Of a stretch of DNA of 64,000 nucleotides, positions 42,904 to 51,391 are shown piece after piece. The stretch is from sequence record LC519489.1; one strand, 5' to 3'. Each line of letters starts with the position of its first letter. Positions within the stretch are counted from its first letter, which is position 1. A program made the translations under genes and the position numbers. Origin of the DNA: Escherichia phage SP22. The notes under the pieces are model-generated. The model was not told the origin of the DNA and ran no database searches. It saw nothing but the letters and a program-made list of their open reading frames with translations.

Positions 42904-43704
42904 ATGAATATCGATGTAGAAAAGATGCTTGAAGAGAAAGGTGTTGATGAAGCATTCTTAATCAATGCCGTAGAAAGCATGGCTATGATTCTTCGTGGTA
43001 ACAACTACACAGAACAGTTTATGCCTGCAAGCTATAACTTGCCTGAAGACAAGTCTGATAACGGTGCTTTTGCAGAACAGGTCAACATGATGTTAACAGA
43101 CACTACACTTGCTCTGGCATCTATTGCGGTTGGTGTTGATGCACTTGCTGAGTTCATTTTTTATGAAATGCAAAAGAATGACTATATCAGGATGTCAGAC
43201 GAAGATAAGGAACTGTTGCTGACTAAGGACACTGATTTCATTATTGATACGCTTATCTCATCAACGAGTGCTGTTATGGCTGTTCTTGAGAAGCGTATGG
43301 AAGAGAAACTTTCACGATATGAAAAACTTGATTGGGGCGTAGAAGAATTAAACCCACGAATCAAAGAGATTATCCAGCAAACTAAAGAGTCTTTGGAAGA
43401 AGCTGTTGAAAATGACTCTGTAGCTGACATTGAACCACTTCAGGTGAAAGTTGCACTGATGATTCCAGCTATCTCTACGATGATGAATATCGTTGCACTA
43501 ATCCAACTGTCACAGATGATGGGTGTGAGTATTGAGTTCATTGAGGAAATGACTGGTGGCGTTAGTATGCAAGCAATCAATGATGTTCTGGTGAATATTG
43601 GTGCTTCAATCATTGAAGAGAAGCTACGCATTAACTTCGGTGATGATTTTGTGAAGCAAATCTCAGCTATGGCTGAAAAAGAGTCTGCTGACCAACTGCA
43701 CTAA
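42904..43704 (+). CDS. Hypothetical acidic early protein
   Basis: Asp/Glu-rich; ORF track. Confidence 0.45.
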   Translation: MNIDVEKMLEEKGVDEAFLINAVESMAMILRGNNYTEQFMPASYNLPEDKSDNGAFAEQVNMMLTDTTLALASIAVGVDALAEFIFYEMQKNDYIRMSDEDKELLLTKDTDFIIDTLISSTSAVMAVLEKRMEEKLSRYEKLDWGVEELNPRIKEIIQQTKESLEEAVENDSVADIEPLQVKVALMIPAISTMMNIVALIQLSQMMGVSIEFIEEMTGGVSMQAINDVLVNIGASIIEEKLRINFGDDFVKQISAMAEKESADQLH

Positions 43705-43722
43705 GTCTTTATAAATCTTACA

Positions 43723-43747
43723 AGCCTCCTTAGTTGGGGGCTTTTTA
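43723..43747 (+). terminator. Rho-independent terminator
   Basis: AGCCTCC / GGGGGCT stem + T-run. Confidence 0.5.
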
Positions 43748-43765
43748 GTAATTAAGGGAGATAAA

Positions 43766-44509
43766 ATGAGTAATATTATCGCATTTACTGGAAAGGCACG
43801 TTCTGGAAAAGACACCTCATGTTCTATTGTGAAGAACATCTTAGAGGATGAGTATGGCTACAATGTTGCTGTAATGGCCTTTGCAGACAACCTTAAACTG
43901 TCTGCATCAAAGATATTTGACCTGACTTGGAATGACCTGTATGGTGAAACTAAAGAGACTCCACAGGTATTTGACTTATCATATCCTGAACTGATGTTTA
44001 AAGTTACGGAAGCTATGGAGTTCACCTTCAGAGATGAACGTTACCATATGGACTTCAAGCTTATGTCAGAGTTAACCGGACGATTAATCATGGAGCTTAA
44101 GAAGGTTGCTAAACCTACCCTATTAACACGTCTGGGATTTAGTAAAAAGTATAAATTCTCATCAAGACAAATTCAACAGATTTGGGGTACTGAAGTTGTC
44201 CGTAAAGTAATGGGCGACAAGTTCTGGTCTAAAGACCTTGAAAAAAGAATGGTTAGATTCCATGAAATGTGCTCACTTAGAAATCAATATGGTTTTGTCT
44301 TAATCAGTGATTTAAGATTTGACTCTGAAGCTGAATGGCTGAGTAGATTTGCACACCAAACTATTGAAGTAAAAAGAGACAATGTGGACAAAGTTTCATC
44401 ACATGTTTCAGAAAATGGGATTTCTACAAAATATGAGCGTGACATTATTCATAATAATGGTACTCTTGCAGACCTTGAGAACAAGCTAAGAGCCATCATT
44501 AAAGTTTAA
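43766..44509 (+). CDS. Deoxynucleoside monophosphate kinase (putative)
   Basis: N-terminal P-loop FTGKARSGKDT, resembling recalled T4 gp1 motif. Confidence 0.5.
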   Translation: MSNIIAFTGKARSGKDTSCSIVKNILEDEYGYNVAVMAFADNLKLSASKIFDLTWNDLYGETKETPQVFDLSYPELMFKVTEAMEFTFRDERYHMDFKLMSELTGRLIMELKKVAKPTLLTRLGFSKKYKFSSRQIQQIWGTEVVRKVMGDKFWSKDLEKRMVRFHEMCSLRNQYGFVLISDLRFDSEAEWLSRFAHQTIEVKRDNVDKVSSHVSENGISTKYERDIIHNNGTLADLENKLRAIIKV

Positions 44510-44517
44510 AAGAGAGA

Positions 44518-44718
44518 ATGAAGATGAGAGTAAAAGACAATTTTAAAGTTATTGACCACCGTTTAGTGGAACTCTCATCTCTTTCCAATGAGGTAATGAT
44601 TGAACGTCTTAAGAGAGTTGAATCACGAAGGAAAGAGATTGCAGATGAAATTCATGAACTGGACAAGATTGAAAATGGATTGAAGGCAGAACTACAACGA
44701 AGAGGTGCTAATGTCTAA
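44518..44718 (+). CDS. Small hypothetical protein
   Basis: ORF track. Confidence 0.35.
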   Translation: MKMRVKDNFKVIDHRLVELSSLSNEVMIERLKRVESRRKEIADEIHELDKIENGLKAELQRRGANV

Positions 44719-46696
44719 AGGTCGTAAATTGAAAGAGGCTGGTCAGTTTATTGGTCATTGCGCATGTCCACGTTGTGGTTCATCAGATGCTGGTTCAATC
44801 TATCATCATGACGATGGTTCTTATTCAATGACTTGCTTTAGTTGTAACAAAGGTTTCCCAGAGTGGGATTTTGATAAAGGACAAATCGTGAGCACTTATT
44901 CTACTGGTTCAGACAATAAAAACCGTACTTTCCGTGGAATGGATTTAGACGATGTGAAAGAAAACCTTGAAGCGATGGACTTGAAAGACAGGAAGATTCC
45001 TGCAAAAGTTCTTGAGCGTTTGGGTATCAAGGTTGACATTGACAGTGACGGTGAAATTGATGCGCACTTCTATCCAACTTACAAACGTAATGAAGATGGT
45101 AAGCTAGAACATGTTGGCTACCGTGTACGTCACCGTTACCCAGAAGACCATCCAAAAGAGCACCTACGTGGTAAGCTAAAAGACTTTTCTGGTGGTGTTG
45201 GAGACATTAAAGGTGAACTGGCAATGTTCGGCTCATGGATTGCTCCAGAAGGTGGTAACCGTCTATTCATCTGGGAAGGTGAGATGGAATGTGCGACAGC
45301 AATCTATATGACTTCTCTTGCGATTAAGGACAAATCTCGTCGTAAGAATTACTGTCATGTATCTGTTCCGTCAGGTGCAAACATCAAGTCTATCAAAGAT
45401 AACTATCAGTACATCACATCATTTGATGAAATTTACTTGTGCTTTGATAACGATGAAGCAGGTGCTAAAGCTACCAAAGAGGCTGCTGGTATCTTACCTA
45501 TTGAGAAGGTTCGTTTATTCCAGTATCCAGAGGGTGTAAAAGACCTTAACGAATGGTGGACAAAGTTCTATAAAGAGAAAGACACAGTTCTGGAAGGATT
45601 TAAGCAGCGTATCTACAACGCACCTCGTTATTGCCCTGCTGGTATCAAGAACTTTGCAGATGGTTTTGAGGCAATGAAGAATCGTGGTCAGATTCCATTG
45701 ATTCCTTTCCCAGAATCTTTCGGGGATTTGAACAGACTGACTTACGGTGGTTATGGTTTGGGTGAGATTACAACTATTGCAGCACCATCTTCAGTAGGTA
45801 AGTCAGCTTACACTCGTGAGATGATTTATTCAGCTTGGAAAGAAACTGATTATAATATCGGTGTAATTCCTGTAGAAGATACTTACGAAGAACTTATGGA
45901 AATGCTCTGTGCAATCCACCTGAGCAAGCAGATTTCTGAGATTCCTTATGACGAACGTGATTGGGATGAACTAAAAGGGGCACACGCAGAACTGTCTAAA
46001 GGTCGTCGTATCCACATCGTTGACCATCAAGGGGCAATTGACCAAGATAACCTGCTGGAATTTGTTGACTATCTTGTTAACAGTTTAGATTGCAAGATTA
46101 TCATTCTTGACCCTATCACGTTAGCTCTGTCACGTTCAGATACGGATGAAGAGGAAGTTTTGTCTGAGCTATTGCGTCGTTGCAAACGCTACCAGTATGC
46201 GCAGGTAAACGTATGTCACGTTCGTAAGAGTGCAGGTGGTCAGAAAGCTAACTCTGAAGGTGGGGATATCTCTGAAGAGGATATCAAGGGTTCTGGTGCG
46301 TATTTCCAGATTTCCATGAATAATATTTTGTTAATGCGTAACAAGGTTGACCCAGACCCTGTTAAGAAAAACTTGACAAAAATCAAGTTAACTAAATGTC
46401 GTCGTCACGGTAAGTCAACGGGTATTGCTGGTCATACTTGGTACAATCCAGATACAGGGCGTCTCATTAAAGCATCTGGTTGTGGGGTTGACATTGATGG
46501 TGCAGCAGAAAATATCCGTCAACAGTTTGGTATTGGTGAGGCTGAAGACCATTACGATGACTCTTTGCCACATTATGAGGATGAAGTGTTTGACCGTGAG
46601 ACTGGTGAAGTCTATACTGATGAGCAGCGTCAAAGCTCAACGATTCCACCTGTATTAAGTGAGGATGCAGATGACTGCCCGTTCGAAACTGAGTGA
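44705..46696 (+). CDS. Primase-helicase (T7 gp4-like)
   Basis: N-terminal zinc ribbon CPRCGSS ... CFSCNKG, TOPRIM-like FDNDEAGAKAT, Walker A APSSVGKSAYT. Confidence 0.8.
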   Translation: MLMSKGRKLKEAGQFIGHCACPRCGSSDAGSIYHHDDGSYSMTCFSCNKGFPEWDFDKGQIVSTYSTGSDNKNRTFRGMDLDDVKENLEAMDLKDRKIPAKVLERLGIKVDIDSDGEIDAHFYPTYKRNEDGKLEHVGYRVRHRYPEDHPKEHLRGKLKDFSGGVGDIKGELAMFGSWIAPEGGNRLFIWEGEMECATAIYMTSLAIKDKSRRKNYCHVSVPSGANIKSIKDNYQYITSFDEIYLCFDNDEAGAKATKEAAGILPIEKVRLFQYPEGVKDLNEWWTKFYKEKDTVLEGFKQRIYNAPRYCPAGIKNFADGFEAMKNRGQIPLIPFPESFGDLNRLTYGGYGLGEITTIAAPSSVGKSAYTREMIYSAWKETDYNIGVIPVEDTYEELMEMLCAIHLSKQISEIPYDERDWDELKGAHAELSKGRRIHIVDHQGAIDQDNLLEFVDYLVNSLDCKIIILDPITLALSRSDTDEEEVLSELLRRCKRYQYAQVNVCHVRKSAGGQKANSEGGDISEEDIKGSGAYFQISMNNILLMRNKVDPDPVKKNLTKIKLTKCRRHGKSTGIAGHTWYNPDTGRLIKASGCGVDIDGAAENIRQQFGIGEAEDHYDDSLPHYEDEVFDRETGEVYTDEQRQSSTIPPVLSEDADDCPFETE

Positions 46697-46796
46697 TAGT
46701 TAAGTCTATACTGATGAGCAGCGTCAAAGCTCAACGATTCCACCTGTATTAAGTGAGGATGCAGATGACTGCCCGTTCGAAACTGAGTGATAGTTA
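46609..46796 (+). repeat. Perfect tandem direct duplication, 2 x 94 bp (46609-46702 and 46703-46796), spanning the helicase stop codon
   Basis: Second copy read as identical to the first by eye. Confidence 0.7.
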
Positions 46797-46860
46797 CAAA
46801 AGAGAGGGGTTCATACCCTTCTTTGAAGAAAAAAGTTTAAATAAATTTCAGGAAGAGTGT

Positions 46861-46889
46861 TTGACAAAGGTTGATAGGTTCTATAGAAT
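46861..46889 (+). promoter_or_regulatory. Sigma70-like promoter TTGACA-N17-TAGAAT
   Basis: Hexamers and spacing read directly; upstream of small basic ORF 47043-47192. Confidence 0.45.
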
Positions 46890-47042
46890 GCTCTACATGA
46901 AATGTGATGGGGGTGTTGAGGTAGAAGAAAAGTTCCATCACAGCATAATCACAGTCACTATTACTATACCTAAACATAATATTGGTTGGCTGTTTATAAT
47001 GAAAGAAAATGTGTTTGAATATCAAGTATATCGGAGAATATC

Positions 47043-47192
47043 ATGAAACACTCTAAAGCATTTGAAAAAGTTTTTGGGGACTCTTTAAAAGCCACTGCTG
47101 GAAAACCAGCAAAATACTATGAAGAAAAACGTGTAAGAACTGGAAAAACTGCACGTAAAGCAGCTTCTAAAGATAAGCACAACTTCCAGTAA
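47043..47192 (+). CDS. Small basic protein (49 aa), not in ORF track
   Basis: Hand translation MKHSKAFEKVFGDSLKATAGKPAKYYEEKRVRTGKTARKAASKDKHNFQ; GGAG about 9 nt upstream. Confidence 0.35.
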   Translation: MKHSKAFEKVFGDSLKATAGKPAKYYEEKRVRTGKTARKAASKDKHNFQ

Positions 47193-47199
47193 TTAATGT

Positions 47200-47228
47200 T
47201 TGACAATAGAGTATCAACAAATTAGAAT
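47200..47228 (+). promoter_or_regulatory. Sigma70-like promoter TTGACA-N17-TAGAAT
   Basis: Hexamers and spacing read directly; upstream of 47265 ORF. Confidence 0.5.
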
Positions 47229-47264
47229 TGGTACTCTTCATAAATTGAGATAGAGGTTTAAATA

Positions 47265-48122
47265 ATGTCTAAAGTTGTTAAAATGAAAGCTCCGGTAGAG
47301 AAGTACAACGGTACTGAACGTCAAACTCTGCGTTACCTGCTGAAAGATGTCTGGTTTTATTACCTGAATACTTCACCACGTCCTGGAAAAGGTAAGTCTA
47401 TTGATAAGAAATTCCCAGGAAAAGATTGTAACTACAGCGTATCAATTCTGGCAGAAGACGGTAACAAACTGTTTAAAGAGTTTACTAAGTCTAAGAAAAA
47501 TCCAGAAGGATGGGATAAAGTTACTACTGAAGCAGTTGATGCAGACGACTTCGAAGAGAAGTTTGGTTGTAAACCACCTTTTGAAGCAGACACTTACTAC
47601 ATCTTGAAAGTAAGTCGTGCAGCAGCTTATAAAGACGGTGCTGTATGGACAGCTAAACAGTCATTCCCTGTGATGCTGATTGAAGAAGTAAATGGTAAGC
47701 GTGTAGCTGTTAAACAGCCGATGAAGAAAATCAAAGCTCAAGCATCTGATAAACATGAAGATGACAAGAACTATGATGTAATTCATCCAGATATTGCAGT
47801 CGGTAACGGTTCTTTTGGTAGTGTGATTCTTTCTACTCACTTCTACACTTTTGAGAACAATGTTCTGACAAAACCTATTCAGGAACAGTTTATCATTGAT
47901 ACTCTTGTACCTTACACTGGTGGTAACGGTGCTAATGGTGAACCTGAACTGGATGAAGATGAACTGGCTATGCTTGGTCTTGATGGTGTTGAAGATAACG
48001 GTGAAATCACTGAAGAAGACGCAACAGACCATAAACCTTCGAATGCTTCTGATGATGGTGACGATGAAGACTTGCCAGACCCAGATGACGAAGAAGATGA
48101 AGACTTCGATACAGAAGACTAA
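47265..48122 (+). CDS. Hypothetical protein with strongly acidic C-terminal tail (possible ssDNA-binding protein)
   Basis: C-terminal DDGDDEDLPDPDDEEDEDFDTED; position among replication genes. Confidence 0.35.
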   Translation: MSKVVKMKAPVEKYNGTERQTLRYLLKDVWFYYLNTSPRPGKGKSIDKKFPGKDCNYSVSILAEDGNKLFKEFTKSKKNPEGWDKVTTEAVDADDFEEKFGCKPPFEADTYYILKVSRAAAYKDGAVWTAKQSFPVMLIEEVNGKRVAVKQPMKKIKAQASDKHEDDKNYDVIHPDIAVGNGSFGSVILSTHFYTFENNVLTKPIQEQFIIDTLVPYTGGNGANGEPELDEDELAMLGLDGVEDNGEITEEDATDHKPSNASDDGDDEDLPDPDDEEDEDFDTED

Positions 48123-48141
48123 TCTCTAAAAGTTACTTTAA

Positions 48142-48168
48142 AGCCCTGTACTCAGTATGGGGCTTTTT
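48142..48168 (+). terminator. Rho-independent terminator
   Basis: AGCCC / GGGCT stem + T5. Confidence 0.45.
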
Positions 48169-48184
48169 CATATGGAGAGCCATA

Positions 48185-49225
48185 ATGGAGAAGTACACAT
48201 TAACAAAACTTCCCGATTCAGTTACACATGTTTTTATTGACTCTGACAGTATTGCCTACAAAGGTGCTTGTGTAGTTGAGAAAGCAAAATATAAATATGT
48301 CAATAAACTCACAGCAGAAGAATCTGAGCCATTTGATAATGCGAAAGATGCTGCAAGATGGTTAGCAGACCAGAGAATCCTTGTGGAAGAACTTGGCCTG
48401 ACATTTGATGAAGATGAATGGGAAAGACAGACTTGGAAAGAAGCTAAGAGTGAAAAAGAAGCTATCATGGCTACTCAACAGGTGCTTCAGGAATGGCTTA
48501 AGGTTGTTGGGAAAGAAAGAACTTGGGTAGGTTATTTAACAGAGAAAGGTGTACATAAACATAAAGACATTAAAGGTCTTGAGCACCAATATCAAGGTAA
48601 CCGTAAAGATGCTGTCACACCAACACACTTAGTTGCTTGTCGTGAATACCTTCTGTCAAGACCAGAGTTTAAGCTCTTAAAGGGGGGCTTCGAAGCCGAT
48701 TCAATCGTAATCGCTAAAGCTGAAAAGATGGGTAAGAAAGCTGCTCTTATGAGTATTGACAAAGACCTTCGACAAGCTGAAGGAACTTATTGTATTGATA
48801 TGACTTATGAAAAGTCACCACTAATTTTTATTGCTGACAATAATGTTGGTGATATCTGGGATTGCCCTATCAAATCAAAACCAAAAGCTGCAAAAACAGT
48901 TGGCGTAGGTTTTAAATTCTTGTGTTATCAGGCTGTTGCTGGAGATAATGCAGACAACTACTTCGGCCTAAAAGGTGCTGGTAAAGTAGCTGTGATGAAT
49001 GCTTTAGAGGGTAAAGAGACCTACAAAGAGTGTCTTGACGCTATCTATGAACTTTATGCTAAAAAAGATTCTTATACCTATGTGTCATGGGATGGACAGA
49101 CTGTTACCAAAACACCATTAGAGTTAATGGAACAGCATTTCTGGATAGCATATCAAGAGAGAAATCCAAAAGACAATTTCTCTTTCAAGAAATATAATTG
49201 GGAGCCGTGTATGAATGAAGATTAA
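48185..49225 (+). CDS. 5'-3' exonuclease / flap endonuclease (putative)
   Basis: N-terminal FIDSDSIAYKG and helix-3-turn-helix-like GDNADNYFGLKGAGKVA. Confidence 0.55.
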   Translation: MEKYTLTKLPDSVTHVFIDSDSIAYKGACVVEKAKYKYVNKLTAEESEPFDNAKDAARWLADQRILVEELGLTFDEDEWERQTWKEAKSEKEAIMATQQVLQEWLKVVGKERTWVGYLTEKGVHKHKDIKGLEHQYQGNRKDAVTPTHLVACREYLLSRPEFKLLKGGFEADSIVIAKAEKMGKKAALMSIDKDLRQAEGTYCIDMTYEKSPLIFIADNNVGDIWDCPIKSKPKAAKTVGVGFKFLCYQAVAGDNADNYFGLKGAGKVAVMNALEGKETYKECLDAIYELYAKKDSYTYVSWDGQTVTKTPLELMEQHFWIAYQERNPKDNFSFKKYNWEPCMNED

Positions 49226-49712
49226 AGGATTTGGCAATTGCCCTACCTACGGTCATTGGGTATCTTTATGTGGGGAAGTTGACCCCACTAAACATTTTGG
49301 CTTTGTCTATTTAGTGCACTGTAAGAAGACTGGACAATATTATATCGGAAAGAAACAGCTTAACAGTGTGACAAAAAGAAAAGTTGCTGGGAAGACTCGG
49401 AAGAAGGTAGTCACTAAGGAGAGTGATTGGATGACTTACGAAACCTCTTCTGAGTATATTAAAAAAGATATTGAAAGCTTTGGAAAAGAATCTTTTGATT
49501 TTTACATTATTCAAACCTACTACACAAAAGGTGGTCTAGTCTATGGTGAAGCAAACCTTCAACATAAATTCGATGTAATGACAAAAAGGATTGACTCGAA
49601 GCTCAGGCTCTTCTACAATGCCAATATTGCAGCAATTAAGTTTATTACTAAAGAAACTTATGAAGATGCTGAAAAAAGAATCCATAAGGTAATGAAAGCA
49701 AATTATGCTTGA
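49215..49712 (+). CDS. GIY-YIG nuclease
   Basis: FVYLVHCKKTGQYYIGKK motif. Confidence 0.55.
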   Translation: MKIKGFGNCPTYGHWVSLCGEVDPTKHFGFVYLVHCKKTGQYYIGKKQLNSVTKRKVAGKTRKKVVTKESDWMTYETSSEYIKKDIESFGKESFDFYIIQTYYTKGGLVYGEANLQHKFDVMTKRIDSKLRLFYNANIAAIKFITKETYEDAEKRIHKVMKANYA

Positions 49713-49718
49713 TAACTA

Positions 49719-49982
49719 TTGAGAGAGAATAAAATGTTTAACAAAAGCAAAGCTGTGAGTCATGTAGCAAAAGTTGACAGCAAGATTGAAGAACTTGAGC
49801 GCATTCTTGCAAATGCTAGAGAGTCAATAATTAAAGAAGTTGAAGCTGTTGAATCTCAAATGCAACACCTAATGCTTAAACGTCAAGAGCTACGTGAGCA
49901 TCTAGAATATATCGAAACACGAGAGCTAAAGGTTAACAGATATTTTAAGGAGCCAAAATGTTTAACTCAAGAGAATCAGTAA
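49719..49982 (+). CDS. Hypothetical protein
   Basis: ORF track. Confidence 0.4.
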   Translation: MRENKMFNKSKAVSHVAKVDSKIEELERILANARESIIKEVEAVESQMQHLMLKRQELREHLEYIETRELKVNRYFKEPKCLTQENQ

Positions 49983-50713
49983 AAAACTGGAATCTTCGTT
50001 GTGGAAACACTCAAAAACAACCTTACAGTAATGAGTATTGGGAATCTTTGAAATCTCAATCTCTGTGTATGCTTGAAGAAGCAAAAGAGCTTGTAAAAGC
50101 AATTGAAGAGAAAGACCCCATTGAGACACTGGATGCTCAGGCAGATTTGCAATATGTTCTTGACGGTTTGATTTACCTGTCACAACATGACCATAACGGT
50201 GCTATGAAAGCTGTTTGCCATAATAATGACCTGAAGTACACAGACGATTATGAAGAAGCTTTAAAACGTCTTGCAGACATTGAAAAGCGCACTGGTCAAG
50301 AGTGTATTATCAGAATGTCAGTTGTTGATGGTAAAGAATGGTATGCGATTGTTCGTGCAGCCGATGGGAAGATTATGAAGCAATCAAATCTCCCTAAAGT
50401 ACAGCTTGGTGAATACATTGTAGAACTTGAAAGCCAAGAACTTTTTGTGGTAGTATCTGAGACATGCGTTATCTGCAAAGGTATTGTAGATAGCTTAAAG
50501 GATTTGGGTGTAGATGGTTTTGTAGAAGTTAATCCAATTACCTCTAAAGCAGATAAAGATTTCTGTAAAGAGAATGGACTATGGATTGCAGATATTGTCT
50601 ACTATGATGGTGAGCAGTTCCATGTAACCTCATACCCGAAACTGAATTATGATGCTAATAACCTGAAGTGTTGGTTAAAAGGGGTTGGTTATAATGGATT
50701 CACAGAACATTAA
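49958..50713 (+). CDS. Hypothetical protein
   Basis: ORF track; no firm motif. Confidence 0.4.
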   Translation: MFNSRESVKNWNLRCGNTQKQPYSNEYWESLKSQSLCMLEEAKELVKAIEEKDPIETLDAQADLQYVLDGLIYLSQHDHNGAMKAVCHNNDLKYTDDYEEALKRLADIEKRTGQECIIRMSVVDGKEWYAIVRAADGKIMKQSNLPKVQLGEYIVELESQELFVVVSETCVICKGIVDSLKDLGVDGFVEVNPITSKADKDFCKENGLWIADIVYYDGEQFHVTSYPKLNYDANNLKCWLKGVGYNGFTEH

Positions 50714-51017
50714 TAAAGAGGGTGTGGCTCAGAAGAGCCACTTCTCAAACTACAATATTTCTATGACGGTGTTTATGAATGACCCGTTACTAGAAAAATA
50801 TGGTGAGACTCCAGATACACTTCTGGACAATGAACAAGTTTTAAAAGCAGTCCTGTACAAATATGGGATTGATATTGAGAAAGAGTATTCTTTTGAAATC
50901 TGTCAACACAGGAATACTTTCGGTAAAGTTGTAATGGCTCCACTCTTCATGGGTGTAGAAAGAACTGACTATGGTTGGTTATATCTAAAAAGAAACTTGG
51001 AGAAATACCGTGTTTAA
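50685..51017 (+). CDS. Hypothetical protein
   Basis: ORF track. Confidence 0.4.
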   Translation: MVIMDSQNINKEGVAQKSHFSNYNISMTVFMNDPLLEKYGETPDTLLDNEQVLKAVLYKYGIDIEKEYSFEICQHRNTFGKVVMAPLFMGVERTDYGWLYLKRNLEKYRV

Positions 51018-51345
51018 AGCAAAGAAGTTAGATTACGATGCCATTATCTCTGGTGCTAAATTAGGTGTTGACAGTCTCGGACGGGACGTTAAACACGGAG
51101 ACACAGTTATGTACTGTGATGACCGAAGAGGAAGAAGTGCAATCTTGTTTGGAAAAGTTGTATGTAAAATACGCGGTAATTATGTTGTTTCAGATATGGA
51201 TGGCAACGTCGCACAAAAGCTCAAAATAATCATGGATTGCAAGACTCCATCATGGCTCTTAAATTGTATGCACGCTTCGTCTATCACAAAAGTAAGTGAT
51301 AAGTTTTACGATATGTGGCAGAATGAGCAAATTTTCAAGATTTAA
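51010..51345 (+). CDS. Hypothetical protein
   Basis: ORF track. Confidence 0.4.
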   Translation: MFKAKKLDYDAIISGAKLGVDSLGRDVKHGDTVMYCDDRRGRSAILFGKVVCKIRGNYVVSDMDGNVAQKLKIIMDCKTPSWLLNCMHASSITKVSDKFYDMWQNEQIFKI

Positions 51346-51351
51346 ACTAGG

Positions 51352-51373
51352 GAGCCTCTTCGGAGGCTCTTTT
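51352..51373 (+). terminator. Rho-independent terminator
   Basis: GAGCCTC-ttcg-GAGGCTC + T-run. Confidence 0.6.
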
Positions 51374-51391
51374 CATCTGTAGGATTCGAAA

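Noticed and set aside
46753-47046. Plus-strand ORF 46753-47046 (97 aa)
   Set aside because: Starts inside the second copy of the 94-bp tandem repeat and spans a promoter-like element; more likely non-coding leader of the small basic ORF at 47043
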